This document shows, in pieces, positions 1-9,191 of a stretch of DNA of 64,000 nucleotides. The stretch is from Candidatus Sulfomarinibacteraceae bacterium. Its GTDB lineage: Bacteria; Acidobacteriota; Thermoanaerobaculia; Thermoanaerobaculales; Sulfomarinibacteraceae. The stretch spans positions 960,001 to 1,024,000 of the forward strand of contig CAWCLO010000004.1 in the NCBI GenBank assembly GCA_963796455.1. Direction: 5' to 3'. Position 1 is the stretch's first letter. Every line of letters starts with the position of its first letter. The notes under the pieces were generated by a model that did no database searches, was not told the DNA's origin, and saw nothing but the letters and a program-made list of their open reading frames with translations. The position numbers and the translations under genes were made by a program.

Positions 1-879
1 AAAATTCTCATTTCCGACGCCTTCGACCCTGCGTTGCCGGCCAAACTCGAAACCTTCGGCGAAGTCACGGAGGACAAAGAGCGTCTGCCTGAGGTGGATG
101 TGGTTCTGGTGCGTTCAAAAACAAAATGCACCAGCGAATATATCGATCAAGCAAAGAATCTCCGTCTGATCATTCGCGGCGGGGTCGGTCTGGACAATAT
201 CGATGTGGAATATGCACGTTCGAAAGGTGTGCAGGTGTTCAATACAGCTCAGGCATCGGCGGTTTCGGTCGCCGAACTCGCCTTTGCTCTGATGATCTCG
301 GTGCCGACTCGACTGGTCGAGGGTCACGACAGCATGAAACGACGTGATTGGCTGAAGAAACAACTCAAACGCACCGAACTCATGGGCAAGACCCTGGGTC
401 TGGTAGGCGCCGGCAACATCGGCACCGAGTTGGCGCGGCGGGCAATCGCCTTCGGCATGCGGGTGATCGCCTACGATCCGCTCATCAAAGGACACGAATG
501 TGTCGATCTGGTGACGCTGGAAGAGCTGTTCGAGCAGTCGGACTACATCTCGCTCCACGTACCGCTGACTGACACGACCACGGGCATGTTCAACTCCGAC
601 ACCATCGCGACCATGAAAGACGGCGTCGTGATCATCAACACCGCCCGCGGGGGTTGTATTGTCGAGGACGATATGGCGGCTGCACTCAAGTCCGGCAAAG
701 TTCGCGCTTATGCCACCGACGTGTTCTACTCCGATCCGCCGGACGATTCGTGTCCGTTGTACGATGAGCCGAATGCGATCATGACGCCCCACCTGGGCGC
801 GTCGAGCCGTGAGAACATGTTGCGGATTGGTGATGTGGTTGTCAGAATCCTCGAGGACTTCGACCAACAGACCGCATGA
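1..879 (+). CDS. serA: D-3-phosphoglycerate dehydrogenase / D-isomer 2-hydroxyacid dehydrogenase (5' end runs off window)
   Basis: Frame open from base 1 (KILISDAFD...). GVGLDNID, GxGNIG NAD-binding, INTARG and TPHLGAS motifs. Adjacent to serC; no ACT domain. Confidence 0.85.
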   Translation, partial: KILISDAFDPALPAKLETFGEVTEDKERLPEVDVVLVRSKTKCTSEYIDQAKNLRLIIRGGVGLDNIDVEYARSKGVQVFNTAQASAVSVAELAFALMISVPTRLVEGHDSMKRRDWLKKQLKRTELMGKTLGLVGAGNIGTELARRAIAFGMRVIAYDPLIKGHECVDLVTLEELFEQSDYISLHVPLTDTTTGMFNSDTIATMKDGVVIINTARGGCIVEDDMAAALKSGKVRAYATDVFYSDPPDDSCPLYDEPNAIMTPHLGASSRENMLRIGDVVVRILEDFDQQTA

Positions 880-910
880 CCCCGATTGATGAGCCAGTGA
901 GGAGGACACG

Positions 911-1996
911 ATGAGCAAGACCTGGAATTTTTATGCCGGACCTGCAACCCTGCCGGCGCCCGCGATCGAGCGCGCCAAAGCGGACCTCCCGGATTGGGAA
1001 GGAACCGGAATGTCGGTGATGGAGACCTCGCACCGATCTCCCGAATACGATGCCGTCCATCAGCAGGCGATCAGCCTGGTGACCGAACTGCTCGGTCTTG
1101 ATGACGACCACCAGGTGCTTTTCATTCAGGGTGGGGCCTCGCTCCAGTTCGCGATGCTGGCCATGAATTTCATCCCGAAGGGCGGTTCGGCGGATTACGT
1201 CAACACCGGCACCTGGTCGACCAAAGCCTTGAAAGAGGCCAACATCATCGCCAAGGGGCGGGAAGCGGCTTCGAGCGAAAAAGATGGATTCACCAGGATT
1301 CCGAAACAGGAAGAGTACGATCTCGACCCCGACGCGGCCTACGTTCACATCACGTCGAACAACACCATCAAGGGCACCCAGTTCCACGACTTCCCGGACA
1401 CCGGTTCGGTGCCTCTGGTGGCTGACATGTCATCTGATTTTCTGTGGCGGCCGTTTGACGCCAACCGTTTCAGCCTGATCTACGCCGGAGCGCAGAAAAA
1501 TATCGGCCCTTCCGGTGTGACGATGGTCATCCTCAAGAAGTCCTGGCTCGAGGCGGCCAATACCGATCTGCCGACCATGCTTTCCTACTCGACCTTCTCC
1601 GCCAAGGACTCGTTGTACAACACGCCGCCGTCCTTTTCGATCTACATGGTGAGAAACGTGCTCGAGTGGCTCAAGGACAACGGCGGTCTCACTGCCATGG
1701 AAGCTCGAAACCGGGCCAAGGGTGACCGCCTGTACGGGGTGTTTGCAGCTCACCCGGATTTCTACCGCTGCCCTGTCGACCCGGACAGCCGGTCGTATAT
1801 GAATGTCGTCTTCCGCCTTCCGACGGAAGAACTCGAAGCTGCGTTCGTGGCCGAGGGCAAGGCGGCCGGAATGGTCGGTCTCAAAGGCCATCGGTCGGTT
1901 GGCGGCTGTCGCGCCTCGATCTACAACGCCATGGCACCCGAAGGAGTCGAGTTTCTTGCGGAGTTTATGGAGGACTTCGCGCGGCGCAACGGATGA
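911..1996 (+). CDS. serC: Phosphoserine aminotransferase
   Basis: NFYAGPATLP, SVMETSHRS, GGASLQF, YAGAQKNIGPSG (PLP lysine), GLKGHRSVGG; RBS GAGGAGG. Confidence 0.97.
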   Translation: MSKTWNFYAGPATLPAPAIERAKADLPDWEGTGMSVMETSHRSPEYDAVHQQAISLVTELLGLDDDHQVLFIQGGASLQFAMLAMNFIPKGGSADYVNTGTWSTKALKEANIIAKGREAASSEKDGFTRIPKQEEYDLDPDAAYVHITSNNTIKGTQFHDFPDTGSVPLVADMSSDFLWRPFDANRFSLIYAGAQKNIGPSGVTMVILKKSWLEAANTDLPTMLSYSTFSAKDSLYNTPPSFSIYMVRNVLEWLKDNGGLTAMEARNRAKGDRLYGVFAAHPDFYRCPVDPDSRSYMNVVFRLPTEELEAAFVAEGKAAGMVGLKGHRSVGGCRASIYNAMAPEGVEFLAEFMEDFARRNG

Positions 1997-2015
1997 CCTG
2001 ATTCCGGTTCGATTC

Positions 2016-2043
2016 AAGGACGGGCTGCGGCCCGTCCTTTTTT
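2016..2043 (+). terminator. Intrinsic terminator after serC
   Basis: AAGGACGGGC-TGCG-GCCCGTCCTT hairpin followed by a T run. Confidence 0.85.
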
Positions 2044-2092
2044 GTTGCCGGGGCCATCGTTTCAACGACCGGCAGGGGGAGCCTGGGTTACC

Positions 2093-2833
2093 ATGAGTTC
2101 TGTGAAAAGACTGATCATCGCGGATTCTCACGTCGGGCAGATTGACGGCGATTGGGAAGCGATGTGCTCGCTGGTGCGGGCGGCCCCAGCGCGAGGAGTG
2201 TCTGAGATCATCTATCTCGGCGATGGATTTCAGTACCTGATCGGGATGTCCAAGTTCTGGACGACCGGGGTCCTGGAGGTTCTCGAGGCCTGGAGGGACG
2301 TTCGCAGCCAAGGGGTGCGGATCGTGGTTGTCGAAGGGAACCGGGATTTCTTCCTCGACGCCCCTGAGCTTGCGAACGAAATCGACTGGGGCGGACTCCG
2401 TTACGAGTTCAAGGCCGGTCCGACCGCATACCGACTGGACCATGGAGATCGTGTCAATAGCCGAGATTTCCAATACCGATTCTGGTCGAGCGTGTCGAAA
2501 TCATCACCGGCGCGCCTCTGGGCGCGGTTGTTGCCACGAAGGCTCGCCGTCAGCATCGTTCGTCGGATGGAGGCTCATCTCGCCACCACCAACAAAAAAT
2601 ACCGTTACACGAAACCGATTACCGACCTCAAGAAATCGGCGGAGAGTGCGTGGTCAGAAGGGATCGATGTGTTGTTCTGGGGACACTTTCATACCCCGTG
2701 GGAGTGGCGAAGCGGTGAACACCTGGCGATGATCATTCCGGCATGGTTGGAAACCAGAAAGAGCGTCCTGGTCGATGACATGGGAGAATGGAAACTCGAA
2801 AAAATGACTGATGTGAGTTTGCCAGAAAATTGA
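2093..2833 (+). CDS. lpxH: UDP-2,3-diacylglucosamine hydrolase (LpxH-like metallophosphoesterase)
   Basis: ADSH, YLGD, EGNRDF, HGD and GHFH metallophosphoesterase motifs; ATG at 2093. Confidence 0.75.
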   Translation: MSSVKRLIIADSHVGQIDGDWEAMCSLVRAAPARGVSEIIYLGDGFQYLIGMSKFWTTGVLEVLEAWRDVRSQGVRIVVVEGNRDFFLDAPELANEIDWGGLRYEFKAGPTAYRLDHGDRVNSRDFQYRFWSSVSKSSPARLWARLLPRRLAVSIVRRMEAHLATTNKKYRYTKPITDLKKSAESAWSEGIDVLFWGHFHTPWEWRSGEHLAMIIPAWLETRKSVLVDDMGEWKLEKMTDVSLPEN

Positions 2834-2873
2834 TCCAGCGAAAAATGGATTTGATCTTGAAAGGGGAGAGGGC

Positions 2874-4139
2874 GTGACTCCAAAGATCCTGCCAGGACCG
2901 AAGACCGAACTTCGCGGTTCGGTAAAACTTCCGCCATCGAAGAGCCTGACCAACCGCGCGCTGATTGCCGCCGCCGTCGCGGACGGCGGTATCATCACAT
3001 CGCCGCTGGATTGCGACGACACAAGGGTTCTTGTTGCTGCGCTCTCCGCTGCCGGTTGGTCGATCGATTGGAGCGATACCATCGAGGTCGGGGGACGCAC
3101 GGTCCCAGAGGGTCAAGTGCATCTCGACCTCGGCGACTCCGGAACCGGCGCGCGTCTGATCCTCGGTCTGCTGGCTGCGAGCCCCGGACGGTTCATCGTC
3201 GATGGCAGTGCGCGATTACGGCAACGGCCGATGGCTCCGGTGATAGATACGCTGCAGCGCCTGGGTGCCCAGCTCAGTTCAACTGACGGCAAATTGCCCA
3301 TCGAAATCGACGGCGTTGAACTCGATGGCGGCGGAGCCACCGTGAAACCGGAGGTCTCGTCGCAGTTTGTGAGCTCCCTGGTGCTGGCTGCGCCGCTGAT
3401 GAAAAGAGGTCTTGATCTCCAGGTCGTGGGTGATCTGCCCTCGGCGCCATATCTGGATCTGACCGAAGAAGTCCTGACCGCATTTGGTGGCGGTGTCATC
3501 GTCGACAATGATCGACGGTGGTGGCGAGTCGCTCCCGGTCCCCTTCGTCTCGCACTCTATGATGTGGAGGGAGACTGGTCTGCTGCCTCCTTCGCCCTGG
3601 CTGCTGCGGCGGTGGCGGGTGGGCAGGTGGAAATGGGGCCCCTCGAGCCTGCCAGTCGTCAAGGTGATCGTGGGATCCTCGAGATTCTCTCGCGAGCGGG
3701 GCTCGAGTTCGAGTGGCGCGAAAGATATGTCGCGGCGCGCGGACCCATCACTTCGCCAATCAAGGCCGACCTCCGCGACATGCCGGACCTCTTCCCGGCG
3801 TTGATGGTAGTCGCCGCCTGCGCGCCACCGGGATCGCGTCTCTCGGGTCTTGAAAACCTGCAACACAAAGAGAGTGACAGACTGACCGTCATGGTCCGAA
3901 ACCTCGGCAGGCTTGGGGCGGGAATCACGGTTCGGGAAACCGAAATTGAGGTCCATACCTGCATCCGACCGACCCCTGGGCCGTCGCCAAAGGTTACCGC
4001 CGCCGGAGATCACCGGGTGGCCATGGCCATGGCGGTTGCCGCCCTCGCCGTAGGTCCCCTTGAAATCGACGATGCGGATTGTGTCAGCAAATCCTTCCCG
4101 GGTTTCTGGCAAACGTGGGATGGTCTGGTGGGCGCTTGA
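2874..4139 (+). CDS. aroA: 3-phosphoshikimate 1-carboxyvinyltransferase (EPSP synthase)
   Basis: PPSKSLTNRAL, GDSGTGAR, SSQFVSSL, KESDRL, DHRVAMA, CVSKSFPGF. Confidence 0.95.
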   Translation: MTPKILPGPKTELRGSVKLPPSKSLTNRALIAAAVADGGIITSPLDCDDTRVLVAALSAAGWSIDWSDTIEVGGRTVPEGQVHLDLGDSGTGARLILGLLAASPGRFIVDGSARLRQRPMAPVIDTLQRLGAQLSSTDGKLPIEIDGVELDGGGATVKPEVSSQFVSSLVLAAPLMKRGLDLQVVGDLPSAPYLDLTEEVLTAFGGGVIVDNDRRWWRVAPGPLRLALYDVEGDWSAASFALAAAAVAGGQVEMGPLEPASRQGDRGILEILSRAGLEFEWRERYVAARGPITSPIKADLRDMPDLFPALMVVAACAPPGSRLSGLENLQHKESDRLTVMVRNLGRLGAGITVRETEIEVHTCIRPTPGPSPKVTAAGDHRVAMAMAVAALAVGPLEIDDADCVSKSFPGFWQTWDGLVGA

Positions 4140-4252
4140 CGATAGTTTTTCTTCTGCCGCCGCGTCTCGTGAGTCCTGGAACACCCAGCTGGCGGTGCGC
4201 GGTAGGGGATCGAAGACCGGCATTCGGCAAAAGGTGGGCTGAGGCTGGATAG

Positions 4253-7200
4253 ATGAGATTCCCGACCCCGGCGGCATTGCTTATCGAACATCCAGCGGTG
4301 CCGGTTCCGGGGATCGAGGCCCACGCGACGGAATCCGAACCTGTCGGCGAAGTGGTCGACCGGAAAACCCTGACCCGTAGCGATCGATATCAACTGGCCG
4401 CGCAACTGACGGCGGCCGTTTCATTGCTGGCGGAATTCGATCTTTGGCCCGGACGGACCGCCATCAAGTCTGCGCGGATATGGCGATCATCGGATGGAAT
4501 CGGCACAACCTTGTCCCGTTTCCCCGTGCCGTTATCGCAGGTCTTCACCCGTCTCGGCAGCGGCCAGACCGCGGCCGAGACGACCCGGCGGGCTGTCATG
4601 GAGGCCGTCTCCTGCGCGGTGGGCCTGCCGATTTCTGCGATCGACGTGGATCGCGATGAACCCGGTTTTTTTCTGGAAGGGGCGATTGTTCGGCAGCTTC
4701 GCGAGTTGCCGACGCCCCTCGACCGGGTAACGGCCCGAAGTCTGTGGGCTCTTCGCTGGGATGGTCTGCCCGCGCCCGAGCCCGGCGTCGCGAGTTACTG
4801 GCACGTATCCGATGAGGACCTGGCCCGCAGGTATGCGTCCGCCCTGTGGGCCACCCTCGGCCGCAAGGGGAGGGAAGCCTGGATGTGGCCGGCCGGGAGA
4901 GAGGATTTGGGAACGGCTCCGTCTCCGGCTCTCGGAGGCAAAGGTGTATTGATCGTCGTTGGATCCATCTCATCGGACGAATTGGCCGCGATTTCGAGAT
5001 GGGCGCAACGTCCCGGATGCTCCGCCGTGGCGGTCGGTTCATTTCCTCGAGGTTGGTACCCACCCGAACCGCCGGGAATCGACGACGGGTCCTTGTCCCG
5101 CCACCTGGCGGTCACGGGCACCACCCCGGACCGGTCGCGCAAGGTCATCGATCAACGGGCCGGTCGTTTCGATCCCTTGGATCGCCGGGATCGCGAGGCG
5201 CTGACGCGCTTGGCGAGATATCGGTTCAAGGATCCGCCGCTGATTGAAATCGGTGCCCGCGCCCGTTCGGCCGCCGAGCGGCTGGAAGAGATGCTCCACC
5301 TGGTGCCGGAAGGGCTGCCGCCGGGATTCGTTGCGGTCCACAGCGGTTTATCCGCGGGTGAGATCGATGACGCCCTGAAAGACCTCGCGGTGATCGAGAC
5401 CCTGGACCGGTGGCGGCTGCCGGATGTCCGGCCTCTCGAACCCGGTGCCGCCCATCTCGAGATCGCCGGTCTCTTCGAATCAGGCGATCCGCGGCGCCGT
5501 CTTCACAGCGCTCTGGGGAGCGGCGATGCAACAGAACTCGTCAAATGGTCGCGTCGCCAGCTCGATGTTTTGGATGGACGATCGGTTCGCGACCTTTTGG
5601 CGCCGGTTGCCCCCGGTTGTCTGGGGCCGGTTGTCCAGTCCCTCATGGCGGAAGCGTGTCTCTCGATCCTCGATCTCACTGGCGCACGAGCGGCGATCGG
5701 GATCATGAACGGGCCGCGGAGACGTGTGCTTGAGCGTTGGTTTGCATGTCTTGATGAAGCCCCATCATCTCATCACGAGATGCCCTCGGACGAGGAGCTG
5801 GAGATCGAGCCGAGGGTCGCCGCCGAGGTTGCGATCAGGGTACTCGCTCAGTCCGTTCATGGACGGGGAGGCGACCTGAAGGCGGTGCGGAATTGCATCG
5901 ATGGTCTGCTGCCCCGTTTGTCGGAGGCTCTCCGCGGCAGGATCGAAATCGAGCGTACATTCATCGACGATCCGGCTCGATTCAAGGACCGGGAGTGGCG
6001 CCGCCGGGTCGCGGCCGGACATCCGGTGCTGCGGGCACTGGTTATCCATCGTTTCGCATACCTTCTGGCGGACGCGGAGCCACACAAGGCCCGTCGGTTG
6101 TTTCGAAATCTGCGGGGCGATGAAATCGGACCGGGTCTTTCCGCCGTTCTGGAGCTGGATATCGGGATGACAGAAATCGTGGGCGGCGAATCCAGAATCG
6201 CGGAGGTCCATCAACTGAGGGCCTATCGTCTCCTTCAGGCGGCCGGCTTCCAGCATGCCACCAGGGCTGTTCTTTTCAATCTCGCTGTGACCGATCTCGA
6301 TCAGCTCAGGGTCGGGCGGGCGTCGGACCGATTGTCAGCGCTGGCCGAGGACGAGCCGGAGAGCCCGTATCTGCTTGGTGAAATGTGCCGGCTGGCATTG
6401 GCGCTCGGCGATGAGTCGGAGTTTCGCCGGAGCTTGTCGTTAATGACCGCTGATGTTTCGGCTGACCTGCCTCCGTTTGCCGAGGGTGTGGCCTTTCTGC
6501 GCGGGGTCTCTTTGCTCCTCGACGGGGATCTTGCTTCGGCTCGTCGCGAACTCGCGCGTGGCGGTCAAGAGGGAGGGGTGTGGCTCGAACTGGTCCACGG
6601 TCTGTCCGGAAGGGTTGCAGAACCCCAAACCACCGATGGTTGGGGCGTGACTCTTGCCGCTGCATGGTTGGGGCGGGGCCTTCCCTCGTTTGAAAAAACG
6701 ACGATGTCCGACCAGGAAGGCTTCGCGCTTGCGCTGGTTGATCGATTGGCGGGCACAACGATGGAGATCGAGCCCACCGCGCGGGCGCTTGCCGTCAGGG
6801 TATTGGATTCGCTCGGTATTCACGGCTGGGCGGAACAACTCCGCGGCAGTTTTGGTGGCAGCGTGGTACCGGCGCTTGCAAAGATCGTCGAGAGGGGGTC
6901 CTTTGAGGGCATCGGCGAGGACAATCTGGCCGGCCTCCTCCAGGCTCTCGGGCTCACGGGTCTCGAAATCATTGACACCCGTGAGGGTCGACAGATTTGG
7001 AGGATCGGTACGGGCGCGGCGGGAAGCGAGGTCCGTCACGGCCGAATCTCCCTGGTCCCCCTCGGCGGAGAGGCGTCGGGTGAACCGGCCTGGATTCTGG
7101 TCAAAACCCTGTTTGAGCTCTTTGCGCCGCCTTCGGTGGATCACCAGGATCCTTCGGTCGAAAAGACGGGTTTTGTCGGGTCCTCACCCCCTGCCGTACT

Positions 7201-8092
7201 GGTGCGCCGGCAACTTCTCGAACTCGGGCCGAGCCATCTGCCGATTCTCATCCTTGGTGAAACTGGAGTCGGCAAAGAGGTTGCCGCGAAAGCTCTGCAT
7301 CGATTGTCCGGGCGGGATGGCGCACTGGTCGCGGTCGATATGAACGCCATCCCGGCGAATCTCCTCGAAGCCGAACTCTTTGGTTCCCTCAAAGGGGCGT
7401 TTACCGGGGCCGATCGTGCGCGACGCGGACTGGTGATGGCAGCTGACGGCGGAACCCTTTTCCTCGACGAAATCGGCGATCTCGACCCACTGCTGCAGGT
7501 CAAGCTTCTGCGCTTTCTCGAGTCCAAGGAGGTCCGGCCGGTGGGTTCAGATCATGCAACGAAGGTGGATGTTCGGATCGTCGCCGCCACCCATCGTGAT
7601 CTGAAGCAGAGGATTCGGGAAAACGTCTTCCGGAGTGATCTTTTTTATCGACTCGCCATCACCGAGATCAAGATCCCACCTTTGCGCGAACGCCATACGG
7701 ACATTCCTGCACTGACGGAACACTTTGAGAGCTTGGCTGTCGCGCGTCATGGGCTTTTGTCGGCGCGATGGAGCGCGGAGGCGATGAAATTGCTGCAACG
7801 ATACCGCTGGCCCGGCAACGTTCGCGAGTTCCGCCAAACCATCGAGGTTGCACTCGTGCGGGCGGCCGGCGGGCCCGTGCGCGCGGAACACCTTCCGATA
7901 GAAAACTTCGAAGAAATGGAATCGAAACCCTGGGACGTTGCCCAACGGGAGTTCAGAGCCCGTTTTCTCGAAGCCGCGCTCCGCCGCAACAACGGCAACC
8001 GCAGCGCGACCGCGCGCGAACTGGGAATCTCGCGGCAAGCCCTGCTCTATCATCTGAGAAACCTGGGCCTCACACATATCCTTAAAAACTGA
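4253..8092 (+). CDS. Very large (1279 aa) sigma-54-dependent enhancer-binding protein with long uncharacterised N-terminal region
   Basis: C-terminal GETGVGKE Walker A, EAELFG..KGAFTGA, LFLDEIG Walker B, WPGNVRE and Fis-type HTH (NRSATARELGISRQALLYHL). Confidence 0.92.
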   Translation: MRFPTPAALLIEHPAVPVPGIEAHATESEPVGEVVDRKTLTRSDRYQLAAQLTAAVSLLAEFDLWPGRTAIKSARIWRSSDGIGTTLSRFPVPLSQVFTRLGSGQTAAETTRRAVMEAVSCAVGLPISAIDVDRDEPGFFLEGAIVRQLRELPTPLDRVTARSLWALRWDGLPAPEPGVASYWHVSDEDLARRYASALWATLGRKGREAWMWPAGREDLGTAPSPALGGKGVLIVVGSISSDELAAISRWAQRPGCSAVAVGSFPRGWYPPEPPGIDDGSLSRHLAVTGTTPDRSRKVIDQRAGRFDPLDRRDREALTRLARYRFKDPPLIEIGARARSAAERLEEMLHLVPEGLPPGFVAVHSGLSAGEIDDALKDLAVIETLDRWRLPDVRPLEPGAAHLEIAGLFESGDPRRRLHSALGSGDATELVKWSRRQLDVLDGRSVRDLLAPVAPGCLGPVVQSLMAEACLSILDLTGARAAIGIMNGPRRRVLERWFACLDEAPSSHHEMPSDEELEIEPRVAAEVAIRVLAQSVHGRGGDLKAVRNCIDGLLPRLSEALRGRIEIERTFIDDPARFKDREWRRRVAAGHPVLRALVIHRFAYLLADAEPHKARRLFRNLRGDEIGPGLSAVLELDIGMTEIVGGESRIAEVHQLRAYRLLQAAGFQHATRAVLFNLAVTDLDQLRVGRASDRLSALAEDEPESPYLLGEMCRLALALGDESEFRRSLSLMTADVSADLPPFAEGVAFLRGVSLLLDGDLASARRELARGGQEGGVWLELVHGLSGRVAEPQTTDGWGVTLAAAWLGRGLPSFEKTTMSDQEGFALALVDRLAGTTMEIEPTARALAVRVLDSLGIHGWAEQLRGSFGGSVVPALAKIVERGSFEGIGEDNLAGLLQALGLTGLEIIDTREGRQIWRIGTGAAGSEVRHGRISLVPLGGEASGEPAWILVKTLFELFAPPSVDHQDPSVEKTGFVGSSPPAVLVRRQLLELGPSHLPILILGETGVGKEVAAKALHRLSGRDGALVAVDMNAIPANLLEAELFGSLKGAFTGADRARRGLVMAADGGTLFLDEIGDLDPLLQVKLLRFLESKEVRPVGSDHATKVDVRIVAATHRDLKQRIRENVFRSDLFYRLAITEIKIPPLRERHTDIPALTEHFESLAVARHGLLSARWSAEAMKLLQRYRWPGNVREFRQTIEVALVRAAGGPVRAEHLPIENFEEMESKPWDVAQREFRARFLEAALRRNNGNRSATARELGISRQALLYHLRNLGLTHILKN

Positions 8093-8127
8093 TTCTTGGT
8101 GTTCCTTCATTGCCATTGGCGGCGGGC

Positions 8128-8153
8128 AAAAAAGAGCGGGCCGTCAGGCCCGC
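8128..8153 (-). terminator. Intrinsic terminator of the candidate sRNA (possibly bidirectional)
   Basis: Minus strand GCGGGCC-TGAC-GGCCCGC followed by TCTTTTTT. Confidence 0.8.
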
Positions 8154-8206
8154 AGGAGGAAGGAGGAGGTATGATGTCGTGTACCAGGTCGTTGTGTGCC
8201 CGGCAC
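8128..8206 (-). ncRNA. Candidate sigma-54-dependent small RNA with anti-SD (CCUCCU) tract
   Basis: Minus strand: perfect sigma-54 promoter at 8232-8217, then GUGCCGGGCAC...AUCAUACCUCCUCCUUCCUCCU, a GC hairpin and UCUUUUUU. Confidence 0.7.
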
Positions 8207-9191
8207 TCAGTTTATAAGCAAACGGTGTGCCAGAAATCCGGAAGTCGGTGGTTTTTTGGTTCAGATCGGATCTACGCTCCTCAAACAACACCTTCGGAGT
8301 CTCCGCGAAGACGGAGAACCGGAGGTCCACGAGCGTGTGGACCTGCGAGCCTGGACCGCCTTGGGCGTTGGTGGTCTGGCCGACCTTTTGATCCGATGTC
8401 GTAGTGCTGACGGGCTTCAGCGGGCGATCGACCTGCTCGCCGCGCACGGCCAGCGTTGGTTGGTTCTCGGCGCCGGAAGCCGTCTGGTACCACCGCCTGA
8501 GGGTTTGCGGGTGCCGATCGTGAATCTGAGCGGAAATCTCGCCCTCTGGGAGCTTGACCTCGATGGTGCGGTGGCTGGAGGGGGTGCCAACCTGGCACAG
8601 GTGTCCCGTGCTGCGACACGGACCGGTTTGCCCAGCTTGGCCGGGTTGATGAAGACGGGCGATTCGGTGGGTGGTGTGATCCATGCCGCCGGGAGCGGAA
8701 GATTCTCCCTCGCGGGTCTGCTCGATTGGGTTGATCTCGCGCGACCTGGCGCGCCTGCAGAAAGGCTGCTGATCAGGGACCGGGGGATCTCGTTGAGCGA
8801 TCATGAGCTCGATCTCGACCGCCGGGTCGTGATCCGGGCCCGCCTCCAGCTTGCGGCTGACAACCAGGCCACGGCACCTCAAGACCTTGCTTCCGCGGCC
8901 GGCCAACGTCTGCCGCGGCAGCCGCGGTCCACCGCGCCTGCATTTGTCGCGGCGAAGGGGAAAAGCATCGAAAACGTGCTCTCCGACGCCGAGTGCACCG
9001 GGATGACTGCCGGTGGGGCTCGTTTGTCGAAGCGGTTTCCAAATCGGATCTGTACTTCGAGGGCCTCGCGTTCCACCGACGTCGCGGCGCTGACGCGAAA
9101 GGTGATTCAGGCGGTCACGGAACGAACCGGCGAGGCGATCACCTCGGCCCTGTGTTTCGTTGATGACGAGGGTCGGGAAATCGATCCGTGA
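8196..9191 (+). CDS. Divergent MurB-like FAD-binding protein (true start probably downstream of 8196)
   Basis: N-terminal T.LGVGG.AD, VLGAGS.L and SVGG motifs resemble MurB; C-terminal catalytic motifs are degenerate. Confidence 0.65.
   Translation: MPGTQFISKRCARNPEVGGFLVQIGSTLLKQHLRSLREDGEPEVHERVDLRAWTALGVGGLADLLIRCRSADGLQRAIDLLAAHGQRWLVLGAGSRLVPPPEGLRVPIVNLSGNLALWELDLDGAVAGGGANLAQVSRAATRTGLPSLAGLMKTGDSVGGVIHAAGSGRFSLAGLLDWVDLARPGAPAERLLIRDRGISLSDHELDLDRRVVIRARLQLAADNQATAPQDLASAAGQRLPRQPRSTAPAFVAAKGKSIENVLSDAECTGMTAGGARLSKRFPNRICTSRASRSTDVAALTRKVIQAVTERTGEAITSALCFVDDEGREIDP
8217..8233 (-). promoter_or_regulatory. Sigma-54 (-24/-12) promoter
   Basis: Minus strand CTGGCAC-ACCGT-TTGCT, an exact match to TGGCAC-N5-TTGCW. 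Confidence 0.85.

Noticed and set aside
8171..8404. Plus-strand ORF MMSCTRSL... preceded by an apparently perfect RBS (AGGAGGAAGGAGGAGGT-ATG)
   Set aside because: The product has no recognisable features and overlaps the MurB-like gene in another frame. The RBS-like text is better explained as the complement of the sRNA anti-SD tract, given the opposite-strand promoter and terminator. Not fully excluded.
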